IMG/VR virus record: IMGVR_UViG_3300025117_001212
Source of the DNA: a virus
DNA length: 64,000 nt
Reading direction: 5' to 3' (one strand)
Shown here piece by piece: positions 53,479 through 63,900 of this stretch. A program made the position numbers and the translations under genes. Numbering within the stretch: the first letter of the stretch is position 1; the number at the start of each line of letters is the position of its first letter. The notes under the pieces were generated by a model. It did no database searches. It was not told where the DNA came from and saw nothing but the letters and a program-made list of their open reading frames with translations.

Positions 53479-55506
53479 ATGCCAATTCGTTATGGTGGAT
53501 TTGAAGTTCCAGTTCAAAATGCAAGTGATATCATCGTAGGTGGTGCTGCTTATTTCGTTTCAGGAGATATTAATACTATGACTCCTGAAACATTTAGTGG
53601 AATAGTAATAGATCCAGATGGGAAAATAGCAGATTATTTGCCTGGAGATCCTGGAATTAACAATGGCATTACTGGTTGGCAAAGTGGAACTAAGATATTT
53701 CAGTTAGATACAAGTGGTTTATTTTTTCTTAATTTAATTGATGACAGTTCTCCTGGGATATTAGTTGGTAATGCCCCTACTGTTACGGGGTTTGCTATTA
53801 AAACTTCAGGTTTTTTCATGCTAAAAGGAGCAGGTCAATTATCTGCCCAAATTTTACAGGATAATGTTCTTTGGCAGGGTGATTACAGAGATACTGGTGA
53901 TCAATTTATTGGCAATTATCAAGGAGGTGCTGGAATATTTTTTGATGAAGATGGTGGTGATGGAGGAACTGGATTATTAGATATTAAAGGCGATATCAAT
54001 ATGGCAAATTGGTATCTACAACCACCCGATGATTATCTTATATGGTCATTTACTTTTGATGAAAATGGTGGTAATAGAGTTCTTGATAGTTCAAGGTCAG
54101 GATATAATGCTGAATTTTATGGAATTGCGACTACATATCATCCTTCGTGGGCGGGAGGAGTTGTAGGTAGTTGTTTATATTTCAATAGAGATGGAAGTAA
54201 TAATGGAGATCTTATAAATTTTGCTATTGATAAAAATCCTACTTCTCTTAATTTTACTTCTCAGAATTTCACCATAAGTTTTTGGGTTTATCTCTTAGAA
54301 GCCAACATAGGTTATATATTTAGATGTGGAACTGCAAATTCTAATGGATGGTCTATAACTGTTGGAACTACTAGCTTGTCATTTAATACATATAATGGAT
54401 CGGCTAATACCCATGCTGTTAATCCAGGAATGAGTACAGGTACTTTTTACCATTGTTCTTTTGTTAGAAATGGTTCAAGTTGGACTTGGTATGTAGGTGG
54501 GGTTTCTAAAGGTACTGGATCTTATACTAATGCGACTACGATAAGTTCATATTCTGGAACTTGTTTAATAGGAGGGTATGCTACAGTTCATGCCCAAAAT
54601 TTTAAAGGGTATATAGATCAACTAAGAGTTTACTCAATGGCTCTTAATGAGAGATCTGTTAAAAGTCATTATTTGTATCCTGCTGGAAGTGGTGGTGGTA
54701 GGATAGTTGCTGGAGCTATTGTCGTTGGTGATGTTCCAACTGTAACTGGAACTCTTTTAGATTCACTTGGATTAAGAACATATGTAACCTCTGGTGCTGA
54801 TTTATTTCAATTACATGCATATTCAATTAGTGCTACTTCAATTCCATGGCAAAGAAATACAAATTCAATGGTTTATCCAGAAGATATTAATTTTGCCTTA
54901 ACAGTTGGAGATTATGTTATTGGTGGATATAATTATAGATTTGTCCTAGGTGGTGATTATGCCGGTGGTGTTCGTTGGAGCCAAGTATATAGAACACTTA
55001 CTGTTAGAGGAGCTGCTGTTATACGTGGTTATTCATATGAACAAGAAGTATTAGCTGGAATTCTTCCTGCCGGGTATGAATTTGAAGTAATAGGTGATTT
55101 AGCGGTAACTGGCAATATAGATATTTATTCTGGTGGTGATATAAATTTCTATAATGCTTCATTGCAATTAATCGGTTCAATTCTTACAGACCCATCAATG
55201 GCGGTTAATAGTGTTGTAGTGACTTGTAGTGCTTCTTTTGGAGCAGGGGCATATTTGTATGCGTCTAACGGAGAAGCAGCAATTAGGGGTCTTATTACTT
55301 CGGCTATATACGGATCTGGCGGATCATTCACGGCGGGCATGTATGGGGGAGCGATTAATTTAACTGTCAGTTCAACTGGAGTATCTTGTGGAACTGGATT
55401 ATCTTGCACGTTGAATAATATTTATCTCGGAGCTGATGGATCTAGATTTGTATTGCATCTCCCAACTCTTGGAGTTAGTTATCCGGCTTTTATAGCACCA
55501 ACTTAG
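53479..55506 (+). CDS. tail fibre with LamG/concanavalin-A-like domain
   Basis: WSFTFDENGG ... FTISFWV ... FYHCSFVRNG ... FKGYIDQLRVYSMAL. Confidence 0.8.
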   Translation: MPIRYGGFEVPVQNASDIIVGGAAYFVSGDINTMTPETFSGIVIDPDGKIADYLPGDPGINNGITGWQSGTKIFQLDTSGLFFLNLIDDSSPGILVGNAPTVTGFAIKTSGFFMLKGAGQLSAQILQDNVLWQGDYRDTGDQFIGNYQGGAGIFFDEDGGDGGTGLLDIKGDINMANWYLQPPDDYLIWSFTFDENGGNRVLDSSRSGYNAEFYGIATTYHPSWAGGVVGSCLYFNRDGSNNGDLINFAIDKNPTSLNFTSQNFTISFWVYLLEANIGYIFRCGTANSNGWSITVGTTSLSFNTYNGSANTHAVNPGMSTGTFYHCSFVRNGSSWTWYVGGVSKGTGSYTNATTISSYSGTCLIGGYATVHAQNFKGYIDQLRVYSMALNERSVKSHYLYPAGSGGGRIVAGAIVVGDVPTVTGTLLDSLGLRTYVTSGADLFQLHAYSISATSIPWQRNTNSMVYPEDINFALTVGDYVIGGYNYRFVLGGDYAGGVRWSQVYRTLTVRGAAVIRGYSYEQEVLAGILPAGYEFEVIGDLAVTGNIDIYSGGDINFYNASLQLIGSILTDPSMAVNSVVVTCSASFGAGAYLYASNGEAAIRGLITSAIYGSGGSFTAGMYGGAINLTVSSTGVSCGTGLSCTLNNIYLGADGSRFVLHLPTLGVSYPAFIAPT

Positions 55507-55522
55507 GATTAGGAGGGTTATC

Positions 55523-55849
55523 ATGACATGGTCAAAAGGAACAGTTGAATTAACTAGAGTTCTATTTGATTTCAAATTGAAACGCATTATTATAGAAGCA
55601 GAACAGGCTCTATATGAAGATGGTATTAAAACAGATGTTATTAAATATAGGATTCCAACTAAGAATGAAAAATTTAATAATGTATTAGGTGAAATGTTAC
55701 CTAACAAAATTGTGAACATTGCGCCTAGACAAATAATTAAAGACAAAATAATAGAAATGGTTCAAACTGAAATTCAATCAAGAAAAGATCAACAGACATC
55801 AGTTGCACAGTCAATATCTTCATCATCATCTTCATCTCAAATTGGATAA
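55523..55849 (+). CDS. hypothetical protein
   Basis: SD AGGAGG. Confidence 0.7.
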   Translation: MTWSKGTVELTRVLFDFKLKRIIIEAEQALYEDGIKTDVIKYRIPTKNEKFNNVLGEMLPNKIVNIAPRQIIKDKIIEMVQTEIQSRKDQQTSVAQSISSSSSSSQIG

Positions 55850-55855
55850 TTAGTG

Positions 55856-56443
55856 GAGGCAATTATGTCGGCAGCAGAAAAAAGAGAAAGTCTTAAGTTA
55901 AACAATTACCAAATAGAAAGATTGTTGTCTTTTGAAATTGATGAAATAACTGGAAATGTTTTGCTCGATGAAACTAATCAGCCTTATCACGCATTGAGTC
56001 ATATGATAAAAAGAAAAGGCATAAATTGGGTTCCTGGCAATGTAGGCTATTGGCTTCGTAGATTCCTTATAAAAATGCAGCAAGAATTCAGAGTTTATGT
56101 TGAAGATAAAAATGATTTGTTTGAAGAGTATGGTGTAAAAGATGAAAAAGATGGAGTTCCACTAATCAAGAAACTTAAAGGTGGGACTTCTTATAATGAT
56201 CCCAAGTATTTTATTAATCATGAAGAATTTCTATCCAAATATAAGGTTGTAGCAGAAGAACTTGTTGATTTGGGATATTATCCTATTCCAATAGATTGGA
56301 TTAAACTACCACAAGAATTAGATCCGCAAGAGGTCAATGTATTAATGATGCTTTGTGAACCTGATCATAGTTTAGAAGCTGAAGTTACCAATGAGAATGA
56401 TAAAACAGGTTCAGAAGAAAAAATCGAGTTGGGTGGTTTATAA
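55856..56443 (+). CDS. hypothetical protein
   Basis: SD GGAGG near MSAAEK. Confidence 0.65.
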   Translation, partial: EAIMSAAEKRESLKLNNYQIERLLSFEIDEITGNVLLDETNQPYHALSHMIKRKGINWVPGNVGYWLRRFLIKMQQEFRVYVEDKNDLFEEYGVKDEKDGVPLIKKLKGGTSYNDPKYFINHEEFLSKYKVVAEELVDLGYYPIPIDWIKLPQELDPQEVNVLMMLCEPDHSLEAEVTNENDKTGSEEKIELGGL

Positions 56444-56505
56444 TTTTATCATGAAATTATTTAACAGATTATTGTATAATATAAGTGTGGGGATAAAATT
56501 CAACA

Positions 56506-57168
56506 TTGGCGGTAAATATTATGGAAGATAAAAGTAAAAATGTTCTATGTGAGGAATTTTGTGATGAACATAAATTACAAGCAGTATGTCTAAACAGAAT
56601 GAAAGAGGACCTTAAAACTGAGTTTGTTAAAGTGGAAAATTTAACAGAAGAACTTCGTAGAGTTGAGCGGGATGCCCATAGGCGTATGGATAATATCGGC
56701 AAAGAGGTGACTCTTGAATTAAAAGAAACCATGCATGACTTGAAAACTATGGTGGCTGACTTGAAAAAAGAATTGGGTGGAAAGCTGAACGGAACTACTA
56801 GTAAATTTGAAGATGTAGAAATAAGATTACAAGAAAATTTTAAAAAAGAAATGAACAAGAAAGTGCCGTTTTGGGCATTCTATGTTCTCCTTGTTGTATT
56901 TTTAGGTTCCATAGGTGGATTATATACTTGGCAATGGGATATGAGTAGAGATAACACTGATTGGCAAAAATGTGTTATTAAAGATTTTAATAATAATATG
57001 GAAAAAATAGCAAGATCTGTAGAAAACATAAGTAATACTGTTATTAGAAACACGGTCATAATAGACAGAAGTGCTAGTGACATTAGGAAACATGAAGAAG
57101 AAGTCAGTAAATGGAGAGAAGAAGTAGATAAAAGACTTTTGCGTTTAGATAAAAGTCAAAATTTCTAA
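56506..57168 (+). CDS. coiled-coil single-TM protein (lysis-region, hemolysin/holin-like)
   Basis: TM VPFWAFYVLLVVFLGSIGGLYTW between coiled coils. Confidence 0.6.
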   Translation: MAVNIMEDKSKNVLCEEFCDEHKLQAVCLNRMKEDLKTEFVKVENLTEELRRVERDAHRRMDNIGKEVTLELKETMHDLKTMVADLKKELGGKLNGTTSKFEDVEIRLQENFKKEMNKKVPFWAFYVLLVVFLGSIGGLYTWQWDMSRDNTDWQKCVIKDFNNNMEKIARSVENISNTVIRNTVIIDRSASDIRKHEEEVSKWREEVDKRLLRLDKSQNF

Positions 57169-57284
57169 GTTAAACCATAAGAAGTTGTAGTTTATTTTAC
57201 TGATTTATTTAGTGCATAGAAGTAAATTGAGGCGAAAATAGATATGGATGAGAGGTTAGAATTCATTGTCTTGATCATAGTGGA

Positions 57285-57644
57285 ATGAAAACATGTCAAA
57301 AAGCATTGACAGATAAAATGGATGAACGTGAAAAGCAAATCGCTATGAGGTTTGATTCCATTGATAAAGCACTAATAATATCAAAAAGAGAAATGGAACG
57401 TCGATTAGAAGGCATGAATGAGTTTCGAGCACAACTTGAACGTCAGTCGAGGCAATTTCTTTCTAGGACTGATTTAGATTATGCCGCATCAAAGTTAGAA
57501 AATCGCTTAAATTCGAATGATAATGCCATTAAGGATCTTAAACAAGAGATTGATCGTCAAATGGGATCTAGGAGATGGTCAGATTATTTAATTATGATTG
57601 CATTATCATTGATTGTTGCATTGATTACTAAATACTTTACATGA
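57285..57644 (+). CDS. coiled-coil protein with C-terminal TM
   Basis: YLIMIALSLIVALITKYF. Confidence 0.6.
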   Translation: MKTCQKALTDKMDEREKQIAMRFDSIDKALIISKREMERRLEGMNEFRAQLERQSRQFLSRTDLDYAASKLENRLNSNDNAIKDLKQEIDRQMGSRRWSDYLIMIALSLIVALITKYFT

Positions 57645-57690
57645 AATATCGAATATTCTTTAATGCGGAGAAATCGAGGAGGAATAGGTT

Positions 57691-58113
57691 ATGTTTTATA
57701 TCGTAGTTTTGGCATTTGTGTTTTTCTGGACGCCCGCCTTCGGGCAGACGGACGTGTCTGCGGCTAAGGAATTTTCATTTGGTCAGTATTCCCTGCCAGC
57801 GCTCCTGACCATATTCACAATGGGTCTTTTCAGTTTCTGGCAGGTGAGCGACAGGCTCAAGCCGCCCATTACACTTACGTTAGGAATCGGCCTGGGGGTT
57901 CTATGGATTTTCTACGCGGGCGCTACTTGCACGGTCCCCACCGTCGTCGATTCGGTTTTCTACGGTGCGATCCAGGGATTCGCGGCCATCGGAATTTATG
58001 AGACGCAGGACAAGGCCCGGTCTCCGACCACCAAGGAACGAAAGGCGGAGAAGGCAGCTGCCAAACGAACCATCAACGAGATTGTTGACGAAAGGGAGGA
58101 TGCACAGCAATGA
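57691..58113 (+). CDS. holin-like membrane protein with signal peptide
   Basis: signal peptide then three hydrophobic segments, charged C-tail. Confidence 0.6.
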   Translation: MFYIVVLAFVFFWTPAFGQTDVSAAKEFSFGQYSLPALLTIFTMGLFSFWQVSDRLKPPITLTLGIGLGVLWIFYAGATCTVPTVVDSVFYGAIQGFAAIGIYETQDKARSPTTKERKAEKAAAKRTINEIVDEREDAQQ

Positions 58114-58562
58114 GAATGGGCATAAGCAACGTTCGCTACTTCGACTGGAAGGAGATAACCGTCTGGTTTTGCCGGGTGGTCATGGTCGCCGTGTTCATTG
58201 CTGTCATAGCCATGACGTTCGGTTGTTCAACCATCCGGACCGGTGCCATATATCTTTCCGAGGAGGAATATCGTAACTACGAAACCTCCAAAGAAGTAGC
58301 CCAGACCTGGCTCCTGTATTGGGAATTCCAGTCTGGTATGATCAAGCAGGCGCTCGGTAATAAGGTCCCGATGGATGTTGCCAAGATGATGGATGAACTG
58401 GACAAATGGGCCAAATTGCCTACAGTACAGCAGACAGATGAGATTCTAGGAAGGGTGTTAGTGGCTAGGCTGAAGGTGCTGAGTGACGTGATGAAACTGC
58501 TCTATGATATTTATGCACCTGGATTGTTTGAAATACTTGTGAATATAGGAGGGAAATTATGA
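58110..58562 (+). CDS. putative lipoprotein (spanin-like position)
   Basis: hydrophobic stretch ending in lipobox-like MTFG-C. Confidence 0.55.
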   Translation: MRMGISNVRYFDWKEITVWFCRVVMVAVFIAVIAMTFGCSTIRTGAIYLSEEEYRNYETSKEVAQTWLLYWEFQSGMIKQALGNKVPMDVAKMMDELDKWAKLPTVQQTDEILGRVLVARLKVLSDVMKLLYDIYAPGLFEILVNIGGKL

Positions 58563-58927
58563 AGTATGTAATGAGTTTTCTTTTGTTGGTTTTTAGTTGT
58601 TCGTTTGTTTTTGCCTCTCCTTTCCTTGTTGCTGATCCTCAACAGGACGTTACCTATTATGAGGTGCAGCGAGATGTGAAGGATATGACCGGCACTGTAA
58701 TTTCAACAGTAATTGAACCGTCTTATCCTCTGGTGGTAACAGGAGGTGTTCAATTTCATCATGATTTATTTGGCCTCCCTATAGGGCAACATTCCATGCG
58801 AGTGATTGCTGTAAGGGTAGAAAACAGGGAGGGCGGAGCGACGTATGCACGTAGCGATCCGGTCCCTTTCGTTTACGAGTTAACATCAGGTCCTGGGCCG
58901 TCAGGTCTAAAGCTATTGATGGAATAA
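58559..58927 (+). CDS. secreted small Ig/Fn3-like protein
   Basis: signal peptide MKYVMSFLLLVFSCSFVFA; SPFLVADP ... GLPIGQHSMRVIAV. Confidence 0.6.
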   Translation: MKYVMSFLLLVFSCSFVFASPFLVADPQQDVTYYEVQRDVKDMTGTVISTVIEPSYPLVVTGGVQFHHDLFGLPIGQHSMRVIAVRVENREGGATYARSDPVPFVYELTSGPGPSGLKLLME

Positions 58928-58965
58928 TTAGGTGGAAATTAATAGTTGATTGAAGGAGAATAATT

Positions 58966-59190
58966 ATGAAAGCAATATTGGTCACATTAAATGATGATAT
59001 GACAGATGAACAAGTACAGGCACTTTGTGGAGCCTTACCTTTTGTCATTAAGGGTATTGTGTCTGCGGCCGTTTATAGTCAAGATAATCAAGCTGATGCT
59101 AGGAAGGCTGCATACATCAATTTATTGAGATCTATTTTTGGTGACGATTTTGTTAAAAAGATGATTGAATCAGGGAAGTTAGAGGTATGA
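58966..59190 (+). CDS. hypothetical protein
   Basis: SD AAGGAG. Confidence 0.65.
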   Translation: MKAILVTLNDDMTDEQVQALCGALPFVIKGIVSAAVYSQDNQADARKAAYINLLRSIFGDDFVKKMIESGKLEV

Positions 59191-59224
59191 TTATTTTGCT
59201 TATTTGTTATATTGGGAGATAGTT

Positions 59225-59368
59225 ATGTTTAAATCGTTACCTGCCAAAGAAATTCTACTTGTTATTTTAGGTGGATTATTTGGTTGGATGCTTGGGAAAC
59301 TTCCGATTAATGTTGTCTATGGAGTAATGGCTATAGCTATTATTTTAATCATTATTGTTATGAAATGA
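59225..59368 (+). CDS. small two-TM protein, 47 aa (not in ORF track)
   Basis: SD GGGAG; ILLVILGGLFGWMLG ... VYGVMAIAIILIIIVM. Confidence 0.55.
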   Translation: MFKSLPAKEILLVILGGLFGWMLGKLPINVVYGVMAIAIILIIIVMK

Positions 59369-59394
59369 ATCATTTAAAACATAGAGGTAATAAA

Positions 59395-60207
59395 ATGAGA
59401 ATTATAGGTATCCCGCACAGGATAGGTTTTGCCATAGTCCTCTTGGTCGGCATCCTCCAGCTTGTCCTGTACGGGTTTTCTTTTGGCCAGACTATTACAC
59501 CACCACCAGTGAGCCAGACTACTTATACTCCAGTTCCATCCAGCCTGCTCGTATCGGTCAAATACTCCGACCACCTCGGGTTATACAAAATCCAGTGGTA
59601 TCAGGGAGAGTGGAACAATCCAAGCTCAAGCGTCCCCGTGCCCGATTTCTGGCGGATCTACGTTCCGCCTGGAACCATTCATCTGGGGATCACGGTTCTG
59701 AACCCTACGAGCGGGGCGGGTTTGCTCGCGAGATATGGGCAGTCTCCGGGTCCAATTACATTGCCGGAGAATTGGGATCATTATCCGTGGAAGCCCCCTG
59801 CTCTATTGGACCAGCTCAAGGCTCAGAATTGGGCGGTAAGGATTCCGGCGCCTACGGGATGCGCGACGGCCCTGACCTGCATCGACCGATGGATCTACCC
59901 ACCCGTTGAGTTTGGCGGATGGATATTCGGGGCAACACTCGGATCGGCAAAGGCGATGCGGGTTGAGATAATGATAGACAGGGCGACGTTCGACGAGTGG
60001 CAGTCCAGGACCTCCTTTGATTTCATGGGTAACCCGCCGCTCGCTACTGAAACGGAAGACCCGGAGCTCAAAGTCATAATGCACCTGTACCCGGAGCATG
60101 ATCCGGACCTGAAAAAGGGCGTCATCAATTTCCACCGGCCCGGGACCAAGCTGATTTACAAGATACCGCGCAATGCCGGGCGTGCGGTATTCAAGATTGA
60201 AAGGTGA
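59395..60207 (+). CDS. secreted protein with PPC-like beta domain
   Basis: signal/TM N-terminus; DFWRIYVPPGTIHLGITV ... LLARYGQSP. Confidence 0.6.
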   Translation: MRIIGIPHRIGFAIVLLVGILQLVLYGFSFGQTITPPPVSQTTYTPVPSSLLVSVKYSDHLGLYKIQWYQGEWNNPSSSVPVPDFWRIYVPPGTIHLGITVLNPTSGAGLLARYGQSPGPITLPENWDHYPWKPPALLDQLKAQNWAVRIPAPTGCATALTCIDRWIYPPVEFGGWIFGATLGSAKAMRVEIMIDRATFDEWQSRTSFDFMGNPPLATETEDPELKVIMHLYPEHDPDLKKGVINFHRPGTKLIYKIPRNAGRAVFKIER

Positions 60208-60443
60208 CGAAAATGACCCTCGAAGAAGAAATCGGGAAGAAGATCGGGCGCCTTCACGCTGAAGTCGCGCTCCTGTCCTTGACCGTTGAAGCCCTTACCG
60301 GGATGGTATCGGCAGCCTTCGCGGTCCTGTCTGAGAACTTCCCGGCCGAAAAGGTTGACCCGCATATTGCAAAATTCAGGAAAGAGAAAGAAGTGAAGGA
60401 CGATGACCTGTTCAGAAAGTATTGCACCTTTAACGACGGGTGA
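60204..60443 (+). CDS. hypothetical protein
   Basis: coupled ORF. Confidence 0.55.
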   Translation: MTKMTLEEEIGKKIGRLHAEVALLSLTVEALTGMVSAAFAVLSENFPAEKVDPHIAKFRKEKEVKDDDLFRKYCTFNDG

Positions 60444-60447
60444 CGAA

Positions 60448-60651
60448 ATGAAAGACGATTGGCACAAGGCTTACGATTGGAATCCGGAGAAGCAGAACTT
60501 TTGCATGAGCAAATATGGCGTATCGATCAGGCGGGCAATGGCTGAAGGGTTGGTTATGTCTCACGAGTCCATGTTTTTCTACAGGACTCAGGACCAGCGC
60601 CAGCGGGCGGAGATTGAGCAGATCCCCATTGAGCGGTGCGGAAATGCGTAA
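60448..60651 (+). CDS. hypothetical protein
   Basis: MKDDWHKAYDW ... RCGNA*. Confidence 0.55.
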   Translation: MKDDWHKAYDWNPEKQNFCMSKYGVSIRRAMAEGLVMSHESMFFYRTQDQRQRAEIEQIPIERCGNA

Positions 60652-60835
60652 ATGTAAATGCAACTGCCATGATCCTAACTTCCGGCGCGACACCGATACT
60701 CTTGAGCACGCCAACTGCGATGAGTGTCGTAAAGCCCTGGAAGGGGAAGGTGCACGGTTCGTGAAATATGAGGATTGGCTAGGTAAATTTATGTCAAGCG
60801 GTGGTCAGCGCCCATTTAGGTGCGGGAATGCGTAA
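60644..60835 (+). CDS. small Cys-rich protein
   Basis: MRKCKCNCH ... CDEC ... RCGNA*. Confidence 0.55.
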   Translation: MRKCKCNCHDPNFRRDTDTLEHANCDECRKALEGEGARFVKYEDWLGKFMSSGGQRPFRCGNA

Positions 60836-60944
60836 GCTCGACCTGGGCCTTCTCGGCATCGTCGTGTGGTTCACCCTGCTTCTCATGGCGGCGCTTCTCG
60901 GAATTGGATACGGGAGACTTTTGACATGGCTAGACTCGCTCTAA
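60828..60944 (+). CDS. small TM peptide, 38 aa (not in ORF track)
   Basis: MRKLDLGLLGIVVWFTLLLMAALLGIGYG. Confidence 0.45.
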   Translation: MRKLDLGLLGIVVWFTLLLMAALLGIGYGRLLTWLDSL

Positions 60945-63900
60945 AATTCATATTTGCCCTTGCCCTCCTCTCCCTGCCCTCGTTGGCTTTCGCCACCGAC
61001 TATTATCTATCCAACGCCGGAAACGACACGACAGGCGACGGGTCGAGCGGCAACCCCTATGCCACGCTCACCAAGATGCGGAGCATCAGCCCTGGCGCCG
61101 GGACGCACAACATCTATCTGCGGCCAGGCGATACTTTCACAGGATACCTGGATAGTGATAATTGGACGGTTGGGTCTATCATTACGATTCGCGAAGCTGA
61201 TTTTGGTGGCAAATCACTTGCGGTTGACGGGAAATGGACAATATCTGGTGGGGAAGGGTCAACCCCCTCAGGCTCAGGTACGGCCTACGGATCTCATATC
61301 GTAGTCGGGATAGCCGTAAATATCACCATTCAAAATGGTCAATTTATCAGCCAGGATTGGTTTCCTAATTCTAAAGTTTTTGCAGTGCGGTTGAACCGAG
61401 TTGTCAACTACGCAATTATCGACTGTATTTTTGACGGGATGCTCGGGACTACTATTGATAGCGAAACACATTACTACAACGGGGCATTGATAGTTGCTTA
61501 TGCAACTGCTCCGGGTTCCATTACAGGCAACTTCATACAATATTGGGGGCCGCCGTGTTTATGGGCTACTCCTGAGATTCCAGCAGGGGCGACAGACTAC
61601 GAGAGTATAGATGCCAGTGGTATTGCTCTTGTTGGAATTAAGACGGCGGGTGCTTCAGTTACTATTTCTGGAAACATTGTTTACAACGTAAATGGTGACT
61701 CTGTAGTTGAAGAAAATGTGACCGTTCCAGTAACCATCACGAACAACATTTTTAAGAACTTTGGTGAAAATGCTATCGATCTTAAAGGGGGTCAGAACAA
61801 TCATATTTACGCAAACTGGATGTATCGTGATCCAGCCTTTGTTGGTATGGGCGGCTACCCCATAGCGAGTAACCCGCGTAATAATGGTGTTGTTCAGTTT
61901 CTGTACAAAGCCCCGGACTTTGCTCAGAACAACCTCGTAGAAGAGAATCTGATCGGTCCGACTGACACAAGCGCTTTTGCCTACAAAGATAATGTTTCCA
62001 ATAATACAGTCCGAAATAATGAGATCATAGACGCGAAAACAGGCGTCTACTTCTGCTGTTCGTCTGAGGCTTCGACCGGGAGCGGCGTGGGCAATGCCTC
62101 ATACAACAACCGCTACATAGGGTCAACCGGAAACTTTGTCTATTCATTGGGGTACAGGGGTGAAATAACATTTGAAAATGAGACGTTCTACTCCGATGAC
62201 GCGATGGGAGTAGGACTTTACCTAACTTGGTTCGACGGTACGTTCCGAAATAGTATCTTCAGGATGAACGATGCCGATAGTGAAATGATGAACCTGGATG
62301 CCAATTCCGCACCCACATTTGAGTATAACATCTGGAGAAATGAGTATGCAGGTGATCAGAACGTTGTGGTCTGGGCAGGGCACACGACCAGAGACGAAGC
62401 GGCACAGGCCGGGTGGAACGGAGAGAGTATCGCGGACAACGAAATATTCGGAGATCCCGGCATTGATTCAAGCGGGTATGCGACCGAGGTGGGATCAGCG
62501 GTGGTCAACTCTGGTAAAGCGCCTACCTTTGCCGTACAAGGTCTCCGCAACACATCGGTCTGGACCTATGGAGCTGTCTCGGTTGTGAAAATAGGTAGAG
62601 CTGATAACGGTGGGGCGGATAGGGGTGCCGGGGAATTCCCGGAAGATGAACCACCTCCACCTGTAGGGGGAGCCGACGTTCCAGTGGGGACCTACGCCTT
62701 CGCCTATAATGCGGATTATACCGATGACACCGACGAGGCGTGGACCGCAGATGGAGCTACCCACACGTCTGGCACGGTTGCGGCCGGCGTGGAAATAGCC
62801 GGGGCCTACGGGACTGCCGGGAATGGGGTGCGGTTCAGCGTTGCGAACGAATTTATCAAATGGACGATCAGCGTTACGCCAGACGAATTGACCGTTTGGG
62901 GAAAAATAACGCCTGAATCCCTCAATTCAGGCAATTCAACAATTTGGCATTTGTGGCAAGACGGATCAAATCAGATCTATGCCTATTACAGGTCAACAGG
63001 CGTCATAACCCTGCGATATGAAGGGCAGGGCAATGTCGTTTCTATGAACTCTACGCATACGATTTCTGCGGGAACTGAGGTAACTCTCGGTTTCAGGATA
63101 TCGTCAACCACCCATTGCAATGAAGATGCCACCGGGTGCCTCTCAATAAAAGTTGGCGCGAACGATTGGGAGAACGACGCCAATGCTGTGGCCGTCACCG
63201 CTTTTGCGGCCGGTACACGATACTTCTATCTTGGGGAATCTGACCAGACAACGGTTGGGCTCACCAACCCATGGCACGGCGATGAATGGAGCATCATTGA
63301 TTCCTACAACGCGGCAGAGCCCGACTGGACTCCCGCCGATGTCACCGCCCCCACCATGGACGCTCGTGGCGTGTGTTCTGACGCCTCCTGTACGGCCTGC
63401 ACGGAGGATCTTACGACTTCTTACGTATTAGGTGATAGTTTCAGGGTTTGCGGAGAGCTGTCAGAGGATTCAATCGTAACCGAGAGCCCGACGTGGGCTT
63501 TTACTTGTGGAACAGTAACAATTTATTTAGACTATTTTGAGAAAAAAGATATTGGAGGTATTAAGTATTTAACAGCTAGAGCTACAGTGTCTGCAAAATC
63601 TCGATGTTCAAATCCTGTGCTGGCTGAGATGGTTGGTGGAGAGATTAAAGATGGGTCTGGCAATGAACTAGACAGGGCAGGAACTGCTGGAATATTTACG
63701 ACAGGCACTATTACAATAGGTGGTAAAGGAGAATGGAGTGTAGGAACATTCGTAGATTATGATGGAGATGAATATCAAGGTGAATATCCAAATTTTACAA
63801 CTCTTAGAGCATCCATTACTAAGGTTGACGGTGATCAATATGGTCTTGGTATTGTTACTGAACCAGGAGCTCTGAATCTTGGTAACGATGACTGTACAGA

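Noticed and set aside
56500-59400. Complete lysis cassette
   Set aside because: Holin- and spanin-like candidates only; no amidase, muramidase or peptidase motif recognised
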